A stretch of DNA of 63,961 nt, the filler included, from Reclinomonas americana ATCC 50394 (lineage: Eukaryota), in the NCBI GenBank assembly GCA_048213135.1. It is 6 parts of 4 records of this genome, joined end to end, with 100 filler letters (N's around TTAATTAATTAA, not from the genome) between each part and the next. Parts side by side here need not be neighbours in the genome. Positions count along the whole stretch, not along the records: positions 1 to 14,471 come from PS015129.1; 5 more parts are not named here. One strand, written 5' to 3'. Below the pieces are notes generated by a model. The model ran no database searches. It worked only from the letters and a program-made list of their open reading frames with translations, and was not told where the DNA came from. Positions 1 through 12,305 of this stretch are shown piece by piece (the stretch's first letter is position 1; each line of letters starts with the position of its first letter). The position numbers were made by a program, and so were the translations under genes.

Positions 1-175
<175 letters not shown>

Positions 176-200
176 CTCACGAACTCTGGTGCACCGGCAG

Positions 201-1156
201 GATCAATGCCCCACCCGTGTACGACGGCGACGAGAGAGTACATCGAGCGGCAATGTCGGCCGCCGCTCGTGAGCGTGGAATGGCGCCGGGTTTGCGTCGA
301 CAGGTGCTGTCGTTGATTTTGGAGTCGCCCGAGTCGGCATCAATTGATCCGGCCGTGTTGGCCGAGAAACTGCATTTGCCAGACGTGGCGACGGCGTGGT
401 GCGAGTTGGACTCGCTAGCACGTCATGGTGCGCACCTGTGTTGTTGTATTATGCCGCGTGTGTACTCTCCCTGGGCTCAAGTAGTGTCGATCTTTTGTTT
501 TCAGGTCTACTGGTGCGTGTGGTGGGCGACTGCTTCAGCCAGCTTGCCGTCGGCGACAATCTGGACGGCAGTCAGGTGCACCAACTTCCGAGTGGCCACA
601 CAGTACCCCTGCGCTTCGTGATGCCACGTGGTGCACGGGCGGTCGTCGAGGAGCGGTTGAGGCGCGATCCGGCCCCCGTTCGTGTCCGCCTACGGCTGCC
701 GAACGGCCTCGTGCGGCCGTGCTCGTTGCAGCTGCGTGACTTTGGGTGAGTGGAGGGAAAGGGAAGTTGAGGAGTTCCGATATTTGCCAACTGCGTTCGT
801 GCGCGCCAGCATGGAGGAACTGCGGTCGGAAATCGCTCTCAAGTGCCGCGCCCCCGAGGCCCTGGATGAGAGGCGGGCCATCTACACAATCACAAGAGAT
901 TGCGGTGGTCAAGAGGACGCCGACGGCGATGACGACAACGACGGCGACGACGATGATGACGAGGACAAGAAGGGGAGCAGAAATCGGACCGCACCCCGGA
1001 ATATTGTCGGCTCCGAGGTGACGGCCAACGATGTGAAGCTGGTGCGGGAGGGAGGTGTCGTGGGGCGGGGTGAGCCAGTGTGATTCTTATCCTCTTGTGT
1101 CACAGTTGGTTCCGGAGACGGTGCTGGCAGTTGAGCCACAGCTATTGCAACGATGA
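201..1156 (+). CDS. Hypothetical protein, last four exons; possible C-terminal ubiquitin-like fold
   Basis: Exons ~201-427, 505-745, 810-1041 and 1106-1156 join in frame through GT-AG introns (DQCPPVYDG...LARHG/LLVRVVG...VRVRLRLPNG...DFG/MEELRSEIALKC...DVKL/LVPETVLAVEPQLLQR*). The fold call is an impression only. Confidence 0.6.
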
Positions 1157-1880
1157 ATCTGAGGTTGCTGTTGTGAGCATGCGCGTGTATTCACTGTACT
1201 TCAATGCCATCACAGTACAAGCTGGCACGTGTATAAGCATGCCAACGCAAGTGTGCGTGCGGGCGCTGGCGGTGGCGATTCGGTGTTGGACGATGGCGAT
1301 TCTTCCGAGTGACTGTTCGGCTCTTTCGTGTTTCGTATCGTTGCGCCACGCCTCGCCCGAGAGCGTGAGGGGCAGAGAACAAGACGAATCGCGGAGTATG
1401 TGGGGGTGCGAGAGAGGACGGTTCACAGCGGACTGCAATAGCAGCGTGCGGAAGATGCGGCGTCCGTAACGGCTACTTCCCATTCTGCGCGCGCACGCCC
1501 CCTCCACACGCGTGCACACGCACGCGCTCCGCACCACCCGCGTGCCTCTGTGTGTGTGGAGGATTCCCCCCACACTCCCGACGAGCATCCGCCACACACA
1601 CACGCGCAGGCCTTTCCGCAGCGCGACGGCGGCGCATTCTGCATCTTCTCCGGAACAGTGTTATTGCAATTGCTGCAGATGGCAAATCCCACTGCCTGCC
1701 TCACCCAGTGTGTACTGCCGTCGGATCACCAGCATCAACAACGAGAGGGCGGGGAGCATAGGAGAGAGACTGAGAAAGCGGTCCTCGGAAAAGTGACCGT
1801 TTGCTTGATTTCGCGCGCATTCGAATTTGTCAATCAAACAGCACAAATTTTTTCGTCATCCCCATCGGAGAGCGCATAAC

Positions 1881-2533
1881 ATGTCGTCGCCCGTCTCAAC
1901 AACACCCTCATCGCCATCCATGTCCTCCGCTCCGCCTGTCACTGTCGGAGTCGCTGCGGCTGCTGCTGCGGCTGCTGCTGCGGCTGCCGCCCGCAAGCAG
2001 AAGCGTGGGCGCCAGGTGTGTGTGAGCGCGCGCGGAAAAGGAGTTTGCAATCGCGTCATCGCTCACCTCTCTCTGCCCCTCTCCTCCTGCACAGAATGTC
2101 ACTCGTGCGTGCTTGGCCTGCCGGAAGTCACAGTTGCGTAGTGGTGCTGTGTGTGTGCGGGAGGCAGTTGTGATTTGTTTCTTTTCCGATCGGAAGTCCC
2201 TCTGTGTGTTGCTGTGCTTCTCGGGCCTTGTCGCAACGGTTGTTCCGTGAGGCGCGAAAACTAATTTGCACTCCCTTGTGTCTTGTCTTTCTCCTCGCCT
2301 ACACACACCTACACACACCCACACACGCACTGCTGTGGGGTGTGTCTGTGTGTGATCACTCCTCGCTGTCGTCAGCGGCTATTTTTCTCTGGACTCCGAC
2401 GTGTGGCAACCACTCGCTGCTTTTGGTATACTCCGTCCGCGTTGCTTACCCTCGCTCTGTCTCCCTCTCCCCGCAGTCTGGCGTGCGACTTTGGCCGACC
2501 ATGCCGTCGCTGCCTGCAAAAGGGCATTTGCTG
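1881..2533 (+). CDS. Zn(II)2Cys6 binuclear-cluster transcription factor, 5' part
   Basis: Exons 1881-2015, 2095-2132 and 2477-2533 splice to RKQKRGRQNVTRACLACRKSHLACDFGRPCRRCLQKGIC, the CxxC-x6-C-x5-CxxC pattern with a basic leader. The rest is lost at the 2543 gap. Confidence 0.88.
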
Positions 2534-2676
2534 GTGAGTGTGNNNNNNNNNNNNNNNNNNNNAATGCGTGGTGTTGTTGTTTTTGTGCGACCGTCGACGA
2601 GAAGGCAGTCGCATTACGATTCTTCCTTCCCTGCGCTGTCCTCTGTCAGTCGTTTCTCATCTCTCCACCTCTCCAG

Positions 2677-3813
2677 GTACACGCAGTGGACGAGACACTG
2701 TCACCCACCGACCGCGCAGAGTGTCGCTCCCTGATTGGCTACGTACACGATCGACTGGCACCCTGCATCTCCTTCTTGTGGTGCAGCATCGAGCGTTTCG
2801 TTGACGCGCCCATGAATGCGATGGCTTGCAGCGTGCTGACACACGCACGCACGCACAGAGAACTGGGATTCACAAGTGTTCCCGGCGTTGTGCGAGCACG
2901 TGTCGTACTTGCAGTCGTGGTATGTACCGCAGCGGATCTACAGGTTTCACAAGAAGCGGCTGGAGGCCTCGTCGCACTATTTCACCCTCGTCGGGTCGGT
3001 GACAACCACCGAGGTCAGTCGGCAGCTGCAGTGTGTGTGCTCGACGCGCCGCACCCGTTCATTAATCGCTTCGGCGGGCAGGTGGTGAGCACGGCTCGCG
3101 AGGCGTTGCAGGTGCTGAACGAGCGCCTGGGTGACAAGAGCTTCTTGTTTTCACGCACTCGACCATCGTCGGCCGACGCCGTGGCGTTTGGCCTCCTGGC
3201 GTGCATACGCCAGCCGAACTTCCTCGTGAATCCCCTGCTGACCTTGCTGCGCGATGAGGTGTGTGTTGTGACGATGTAGTGGCAGTCGCCTTGCGCCGTC
3301 CTGCTCACACATTGTGTGTCGCTGCAGTTCCCACGCCTGTTCGACTACTACGACCGCCTCTCCGGGCAGTACTTTACCGACATGGAGGAACTCCGACGAT
3401 CCGAGAAGTGCGCACTTCGATCTCCACTCCTTCATTCATTGGCCTGTTCACCCCCTCACCGCTCCATGCAGGAAATCCCCCATTACCACTGGTGCCAAGC
3501 CGGGAGAGGAGGTGAGCGGGTCGAACCCCGACGAGGACGAGTATGCGAGGAATCGCAGATTTGCCTTTTGGTTGGCATGTTGCGTGATGACTTGCACCCC
3601 ATTCCTCCGCCATCGTCGCCATGCTCATTCGTTGTGGTAGTGGGCGGCCTGGCGACCTATGTGGTGGCCCAACTAATGAGCGAGTGGGAGAAGCACGATC
3701 CGGCCATGGGGCGCGTGCGGCATCCAGCCGTCAAGGAGGACGATGAAGAGGACGATGACGGCGGGGACGACGACGACGACGATGACGACGACGATGATGA
3801 TGATGACAATTAA
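2677..3813 (+). CDS. Metaxin-1/Sam37-like mitochondrial outer-membrane protein (GST-C-like domain plus C-terminal TM), N-terminus missing
   Basis: Spliced product contains LSPTDRAECRSLIGYVHDRL...ALQVLNERLGDKSFLFSRTRPSSADAVAFGLLA...FPRLFDYYDRLSGQYF, then RNRRFAFWLALGGLATYVVA (TM anchor) and an acidic tail; TAA at 3811-3813. Confidence 0.85.
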
Positions 3814-3917
3814 CAACAACAGCAACGACAGCAGCAGCACCGCAGGCACATGAATGTGTTTGTGGCCTTTCACGAAAATGAGAATGCATCGAGTCCTTGT
3901 TGGGTGTGAGAAACGCA

Positions 3918-6900
3918 CTACTGCATGTCGTGGAAGGCAGTGGCCAGGGACATGGCATGCTTGGCATGAGCGAGTGCGGTCTTCAGTCGATTCCGTGCGT
4001 ACACCACCGGGCAGTCGATGGAGGTGCACTCGACTGGTTCGAAGCGAACTCCCATCGAGCCCGCCTCGCATGCGCCACAGACGGTGAACAGATCGTGTTG
4101 CTTCTTGTCCAGCATGCGCAATCGGGCCGCCAAGTACGGCAGGTACGTGTCGGCCTTGGCACACCGCTCACAAATGTCTGCCCCGGCGGTCTCCGCCTGC
4201 ACCACGATCCACGAGTCAGTCGAGCTCCCTCTCCATGTACACACACACACATACACACGCAACGTCGCATGCCAGGCAACGCCGTGGCGTGTAAAACTCG
4301 TCAATGGTGCGCGCCTTGCGACCCTCCGACGCCTTCACTGATCGTCGTCGTCGCCACTTGACATCGCGAACCACATGTGGGATGACTCGCCACCACTCGG
4401 CCACGCTCATACCCGACTGCGCCAAACACGCGAAGGCATGTGAGCGTGATACAGCGTGCACGCTTTCATATTTAGGCACTCACCACTCCCAGCACGCGGT
4501 CGAGGGCCGGCAGAATCTGTCGCGTAATGTAGTAGTAGGCGTCCACTCGGCGGTCCTCGCGCAACGCATCCGCCGGATCGTACACGCACTCAGACGGACG
4601 CTGCCCTGGCTCGCCGAGAGTCACCACAAAGGGCACGCGCTGCAGGCGGCCAGCATGATGATCAGTGCGCTTTCTATATTTCCACCCTCTCCTGACTGCC
4701 TACGTACCTCTCCGTACGTGGGTTCCGCACGCCGATCCTTCTTCATCTTGTTCGCGGCCACCAGCACGGCAAACGGCTTGGTTCCGCGTTCGCTGCACAT
4801 ATCGCAGATGCATAAATGGAACGGAGAGACACGTCGACAACCCAAGACAGCACAGCACAGCACACCTGTAGCTTCCCATGCGCACAGTCTTGAAAAAGAC
4901 AAAGTCCATCAGCGACACGTCGCCACGTTGAATGCGCTGCAGCTGCGAGACGACGTAGTTCTTGACACGCGTGCAGTCGAGAGTGCCAAACAGAATGCTG
5001 CGCACACATGTGTCGCGTCATGATCAGCCAAAAGCCACAGTGCGCACAGTCGGTGCATCTCCAGCACAACTCACCGAAGTGCATTGTGCATCATCTTGAC
5101 CGTGGCTGGGCACTGATCGCGACGAATCGTCTCGATGCCCTTGGCGTCCAGTGTCGGCACTTTTTGCGACTGCGATTCGTAGCACTGGCCAACGTAGCGC
5201 TTCTTGGTCACCATAATCGATGGCAGGTACACCTTCTCCAGTTGCAGCTTCATCGGCGGTGGGTGGCGTGCCGTGACGGCGGCGACAATCTCTCGACCGT
5301 ACTCAAACGCCCGCTCCAGACTCGCTCCACGCATCAGCACAAACACGCTGTCTGTGTCGCCGTACACAACCCGTGCATTCCACTGCGTGGGCGTACACAC
5401 AATGAACACACGGAGTAGATGAAGGAAGAACGAAAAACAGGTGCACACGCACCCGTGGCTCGCCCTCAATGACACGCACAGCATCCTCCAACGCCGCTCG
5501 CCCGTACGCCACAATCGAGTCGGCAATGTCGGAGCATGGCATGCGACCGGAGAACGATGCCGAGGTGTAGCCGTAGGTGACGTTGGCGATCATTTTGAGG
5601 CCAAACTGGCGCGAGTCGAGAATGCGATGGAGGACGCGGTTGCCCTTGGCGCGCTTCATCGAGCGCTTCACCATGACGCGTGTGTCGAGAATCTCCTTCA
5701 GCATGCGTGGCAGCACGCCCTCCCTCACCTCCTTGTTCAAGTAGATGATGCCGTTGGGCGACACTGCACAATGAGGGAAGGAGCACACAATGAAAACAAG
5801 AAAACCACATGCCGCATGCCAAGTGCAAGCGAGATCGCACCGTGCAGGTGCTCGCCAAACTGGGCCAGTGTGCCCGGAGGCAGCTCGTACTGCTCCATGG
5901 CACCGAGTCGCTTCGGGCCGAGCCGCGCCTTGCCCAGCACAGTGGAGAAGCTGCGGGTTGCGTGTTAGCGAGGAGTGCACACGACAGTGGACACATTGGC
6001 GACGCACCACAAGTTGTGTCCGATGACAATGGACGGATACAGGGAGCGAAAGTCTAGCACCGCCACAGGATCCGTGTACAGCGCCGAGTGCGGCTCCATC
6101 ACCAACGGAATCACCTCGATGGCATTCTGATTCGACACTTGCGCTTTGGACGGCGACAGTGCAATGTACCCCGACGGCTTGGCGATGCGCAGCATCATGC
6201 TCTCCACGCGATACTGCGAACCACGGGAGACTACGTTGAAGAACTCGATGCCGTAGATACGAGCCAGCTCACTGAGTGGTGCACACGCAGTAAGCGAATC
6301 GTGAAAGCTGCAGTCATCGAAAACGCGGCCAACCTGGTACGATTGATGACATCGAGCTCCAGGAGCACACGAAAGGTGAGTGCGATGCGCCACACGAGCA
6401 GTCGCAGAACACGCTGATGCAGGGACGGTGCTGTCGGCCGCTTGTACCACTCGTTCAACACCTCCCACGTATACGCCGGCACACTGGGCGACGGAGAGAG
6501 AGAGTGATGTGAGCTCACACTCTTGTACGACAGCGACAGATGGCGCAGGCAACCGCACCGTCGGCGCAACACCTCCCACACAATCGATTCGAAGGAGTAG
6601 GAGAAGAGGTTGAGCTCACCGCGCAGCATGCGACACACATTGAGGACGATACGGCCCGTCACACGGATGCCACTCTGTTTCCGTCGGCCCCACTCGTCCA
6701 CGTCCACTCTGGCGCCCCCCACATGCATGTAGTGAGCTTTCGAACAGGATGTAAATGATCCTCTGCCACACACGCAACTTGGCTGGCGCGTTGCCGAACT
6801 TGGGTCGCACGCGGAAACGCGAGAGAAACTCGCACAAGTTGCCCCAACCTGTGTGCAGGGCCACTTAAGTGCGCGCACAAGAGTGACACACGCGCGACAC

Positions 6901-9900
6901 AAATAATCACGAACCGCACATCCAACAGCGCTCAAACAGATAGCCCAACGAACGCTGCTGTATCTCGAAGCCGCACAAGACGTCAGGATCGGTGACGCGC
7001 ACAATCTCGATGAAGCGGCCAAACATGGTTCTGCGAGACACCATCTCATGTGAGGTGGCATTCTCCCGAAAGGCAGGCAGGCTGGCAAGGAAGGGGGGTG
7101 GCGCACTTTTCATCCTCGCAGTGTACCACATGAGTGACACCCCACCGCGACACGCCCGACGTGCTGCGATAGCCGACAGGCTGCGGTGGCACGGCGTCGT
7201 TGATCAGCAGACACATGAATTTGCTTGGCGTGTCGGCCTCGATGCACTCGGTGGTGTTGTACAGCGCCAGACAAATCAACAGCACAGGATCCAGTTCCGG
7301 GTCCGGCAGCAAGTCTCCTCGTGAATCCACTACCCCCCAAGCAGTCAGCAAAGACAACGGGGTAAACAAAAGAGGACTCGCGATGACGAAACTGTGCGTG
7401 TCCACGCAGAGGCAGCGCAAGTGCGGGATCAACAGGCCGGATTCAGTGCGTGCTTTCTCGGCCGGTTGGGCCTTTTGCTGCTGACGCCGTTCAGCCTTTT
7501 CGTTGACCACCTCATGAACGGGTACCTTTGAATCGCGTGGCGGCCCAACCCCGTCATTGGCGCTGGCCATGGTTGGCGCACTCAGCACCTGCGACGGATC
7601 GTAGACCGCCGTTGGCAGGGCGTCGGCCACCGCCATGTCCACGCCAGGTGCCTCGGCGAAAAACTGGACCACTTTCTCGGGTCGCGGAAGTGGAGCTGCC
7701 ACGTACGAGCTGGGCGTGGTGGTCACAGCGGCCGCCAGATCGACCAGCAGTTCGGCGTTGGTGGGCGGTCGTCGTGCCGGAGTCAGCGTCCTGCGCCACA
7801 GCAACGCACTGACGTTTGGCGGGCGGCGCTGACGCTCCTGCACTGCGCGCATGACTCTGCTCATGGCGCCACCAAAGGCCACCGTGATGGCCGGTGGCAG
7901 GCACGTCGGCAACAAGCAGCGAGTGACCGGTGCCACACCGTAGCGCTCTTGCACCTTGTACACGCTACGCGGATTGCCAATGCCGCTCTCCGATCGACTG
8001 CCGCCCGTCACATGTGGTACATCGGCCTCCACCGTGTAGTGTGCAGGCTGCAGTGCGCACACGACTTGAGTGGACGACAGGGACTTTGAGAGGGGGAGGG
8101 GGCGCTCACCTTGTTCTCAGTGTACAAATGTCCCTGCAATGTCAGCGAGGCCAGCAAGTCGGCGTTGGGCGGTGGCCGCAGGGCCGCCGATAGCCGTACA
8201 TGCTGGCCACGAAATCGCGAAATGGGGGCAATCTTCATCCACGGCACGCGTGGTGCAGGTGGCGGTGCTGGCGGTGGCAAGAGAGGCGGCGACGGAGCAG
8301 CAGGAAAATCCTCCGCCGCTGCCTCGCCCGACGGATTCAGCTCCAGGCGCCGCACAGCAGTGCGCGTGAACGGCATCGCTGCGCGCGAAACCAACAGCTG
8401 CGACGGCGAGTCGCCAAGCTCGCCGAGCACTTCACGGATCGGTCGGCGAGTGGGCGACGGCTCTGCCAACGAAATCATCGCCGGCGGCTGCACGAGCGGC
8501 GGCGACAAGACGGGAGTGACAGGCGACTCTTCGTCCGATCCGTGCGCTGGTGTAGCAGCAACTGCTGGTGGTGGTGGCGGAGGTGGTGGCGGAGGTGGAG
8601 GTGGTGCGGGTAACGGTACTTGCTCCAGAGAGGCCAATAGGCCGCGTGGCGGAGCAGCGGTCGGTGGCGGTGCAGCGCGCTCAGCCACACGCATCGCACT
8701 CATGCGATTGACCATCGAGGGTGGCGCGCCAGTGGGTGCGCGGAACGACGAGCTGCCGGGAACTGTCGTCGGCGGTCGTTGTTTTGCTGTGGGTGCTGAA
8801 GGCCGAGCAGGTACGACAAAGCGGCCGGCAGTGGCGTCGCGCTGCTCCTCGTCCGACCGGCGCAACATCTCAAGCATGGACACGCGCGAGGACGATGCTG
8901 AGCGCATCGGCGGTGGCGGTACAGCCGGCGGCGGAGGAGGAGGAGGGGGAGGAAGAGGCGAGGGGGGACGTGGTGGTGGTGGAGGAGGAGGTGGTGGTGG
9001 AGGTGCAGCGTCCACTTCCACTGGCTGCACGGGCGACTTGGCCGCTCGTTGCATCAGCACCTCATCAAAGCGACGGCTGATGGCAGGATGGTCCCACTGC
9101 GACAGCGAGTCAAAGTCGTCCACTGTCGCCGGCGGGGCCGGTGTGGATCCCACATCGGGTGACGGTGTGCGTGAACTGGACGCTGCCGGGGTCGTGGCTG
9201 TGGCTGGACTCGGCGTCCGTCGACGATGTCTGACCGTCGGCGGCAACGCCTGCGTCAGGTCCGGCACCTCCAGTGACGATCGCTTCCGATTCTGTCGTCG
9301 AACGTGGCGGAATGGGCTCGCCACAGTTGCCGCCGCCGCCGCCGCCGCCGATGACGACGACGATGACGACGACAACAACGTCGCAGCTGGTGAGGGTGGT
9401 GGCAACGGTGCAGGTGGAGGCATGCGTCGAGCGGCAATCTCCTCTGCGGTGAGAGCACGAGCAGCTTCTGGCTCATCGTCTTGCCCGTCCAGTTGCGAGA
9501 GTATGCCGAGGCGCTGCAATCCAGTTGTCGCGCTGGGTGGTCGCACCGCGATGCCGACGACAGCCGGCGATGATGAAGACGGCCGCGCAGCAGATTCGTA
9601 CTCCACATGGACACGTGCACCACCTCTGTCGCTCAACAAGCCCCCATCAAACTGCAACTCTGGCAAGATCTCCTCATCTTCAAAGAACGGGTCCTCCTGT
9701 TGCGTGCACTCTTTCAGCAAGCGAACCTATATAGCCAGCGCGAAGAACTGCAGCACATAAAACTCGCCTCTGCCAGGGGATCGCTCGGAAATCCAAACTC
9801 GTCATCCGTGTCGTCCGCCTCTCGGTCCTCCTCATGCTCCTCCCCGCCCTTGGCATCCTTCCACGACCGCTTACGGTCGGGCATCATTGGGCTGCATCGG

Positions 9901-11636
9901 TGACACGTTACGTACTGCGATAAAGTACGACAGAGAAAGGGGGCGACGCACAACAACGCACATGGATCGCAAGTATTCTCGTTGACTCTGCGACAGCTCC
10001 TCGTGCCAACGAGCAGCCTCACGTTCCTCACGCTCCACTCGTCGACGAGCCGCCTCCCCGGATCCACGAACAGCAAGTGGAGACCGCACGGCTGCACCGC
10101 CCCCCTCTTCATCGTCCTCGTCGTCATCGTCGTCATCGCCACCGTTCTCTTCCTCGTCACTCTGTCATTTTTCACGAATGAGCAACAATGAACACCGCGC
10201 GTCGAAGAATGGGACCAACTCAACATCCAGCTGTCGCATCCAGTCGAGAATCTCTCCACTTTGCGCGTCGCCACCGCCCTGACTGGCCTGCGATGAGACC
10301 GACAGACTGCCGGCGGTGACGGCGGCAGCCGCAGCCGCACTCTGGCCACCAGCCGCCGCAGCCGCACTGTCCTCTCGAATCAGCTCGAGCATGTGCTCCT
10401 GCCATGCGCTGGAGTTCACGGGGTACTTTGTGTGAACACACAGCACGCACGTATGCATGCACACAATGGCGCGCACCGTTCAATCGGTGTCTGGGAGGTG
10501 CGCGGTACGCGCTCAGGAGTGGGACTCGGTTGCGAAAACTTGACCTCCTCCTCACTGCCGCCGGTGGCCGCCAGCTCGGCCACACGCCGACCTCGCTCTT
10601 CCTGCCAAATAACGAATGAGGGCTCACGGATGCTCAACAAGTGTGAAACAACCATAACTCCGCACCCTCCACAAGCCGGCCAGGCTCTGCACGAGCTTGC
10701 TGTCGGCGGCACACTTGCGAATGTCGGCACGTGACAAGTCGAGCCGGTTGAGAATGTCGTCGGCCCACACGTCGCCCTCGAACCGACAATGACTCTGCTT
10801 GGCAAACTCGTTTACCCAATCGGAGGCCAGCGGGTCGGGACGTGATCGCCAGTGCACGGCGGTCTTGGGCATGCGCACCGTGTCCATGCCGTAGATACCG
10901 TGGTCGATCATGAACTGCAGCGCGTACGGCAAGTGCGCCTCGCACGGCTGGAACGGCACGCCGAATGCGCCACCGAGGAGCAGCGCCGCCACTCGGCTCA
11001 CAGCATTCGGATCGTACAGCAGAATCTGGTAGTAGAGCGCCTGCACTGGCGAGAAGCCGTAGAAAGGCCAGCCACGAATGACCCGCACATCGTGCACATG
11101 CTGCGTGGGACCCGACGCCGGCCGCGCATTCCACGTGGCCGTGCCGGTGGCGGCCGTCTTCTCCAGGTTGAGATTGGACAGCAGCTGCGCCTGTTCCGTG
11201 GCCATCTTCGAGTCCACGGCCTCGGCCAGTGTGCACGCCAGTGCCCAGATCACTGCAACGAATGAGCACAAGAGAGAGAGGGAGGAAGGAGGGCGGCGAC
11301 TCAACATTCATCGGAATCACTGCTGTTTTGCGGAATGCGTGTCGATCGCATCCCGTGCAACGTCGCCAGCAGCTGCGACACGGGCGGCACCGGTACAAAC
11401 AAGTACGGAAGCGCCCCATGAATGTGCAGACACATGGAGCTCGACGGCGGCAACTGCGACCGCAAAGACGGCATGGCTCCGCCACCGCCCACTGCAAGCA
11501 CAGGTTCCACAAAGTACTCGCCACCACCACTGGAGGAGGAAGCAGCAACTGGATCGACATCATCCATCAACTCGGCCGGCAACTCAATGCTTCCGCTCCC
11601 ACTGCTGGCAGTCGGCACTTGCAGCGACAACGATCG
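3918..11636 (-). CDS. REV3: DNA polymerase zeta catalytic subunit (B family), about 22 introns, extreme N-terminus in the gap
   Basis: Motifs CLHIHGALPYLF, EAHLPYALQFMIDHGIYGM, SRGDLLPDPELD, SRGSQYRVESMMLR, VLDFRSLYPS, LKMIANVTYGYTSASFSGRMPC, VVYGDTDS and KKRYVG; C-terminal CysA (CLAC...CERC) and CysB (CGAC...CTSIDC); long Pro/Ser-rich middle exon at 8110-9726. Confidence 0.97.
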
Positions 11637-11668
11637 CTGCAAGAAGCATCAGCCATCTGATCAAAGAG

Positions 11669-11712
<44 letters not shown>

Positions 11713-12305
11713 GCACNNNNNNNNNNNNNNNNNNNNNNNNNNNNNNNNNNNNNNNNNNNNNNNNNNNNNNNNNNNNNNNNNNNNNNNNNNNNNNNNNNNN
11801 NNNNNNNNNNNNNNNNNNNNNNNNNNNNNNNNNNNNNNNNNNNNNNNNNNNNNNNNNNNNNNNNNNNNNNNNNNNNNNNNNNNNNNNNNNNNNNNNNNNN
11901 NNNNNNNNNNNNNNNNNNNNNNNNNNNNNNNNNNNNNNNNNNNNNNNNNNNNNNNNNNNNNNNNNNNNNNNNNNNNNNNNNNNNNNNNNNNNNNNNNNNN
12001 NNNNNNNNNNNNNNNNNNNNNNNNNNNNNNNNNNNNNNNNNNNNNNNNNNNNNNNNNNNNNNNNNNNNNNNNNNNNNNNNNNNNNNNNNNNNNNNNNNNN
12101 NNNNNNNNNNNNNNNNNNNNNNNNNNNNNNNNNNNNNNNNNNNNNNNNNNNNNNNNNNNNNNNNNNNNNNNNNNNNNNNNNNNNNNNNNNNNNNNNNNNN
12201 NNNNNNNNNNNNNNNNNNNNNNNNNNNNNNNNNNNNNNNNNNNNNNNNNNNNNNNNNNNNNNNNNNNNNNNNNNNNNNNNNNNNNNNNNNNNNNNNNNNN
12301 NNNNN

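Noticed and set aside
2477-2700. Apparent Zn2Cys6-metaxin fusion
   Set aside because: A 20-N placeholder gap separates them and the splice phases do not match (donor phase 2, acceptor phase 0). Missing sequence or a misjoin is more likely.
8111-9760. 549-aa Gly-rich ORF on the + strand
   Set aside because: It is the antisense shadow of the GC-rich, Pro-rich REV3 exon.
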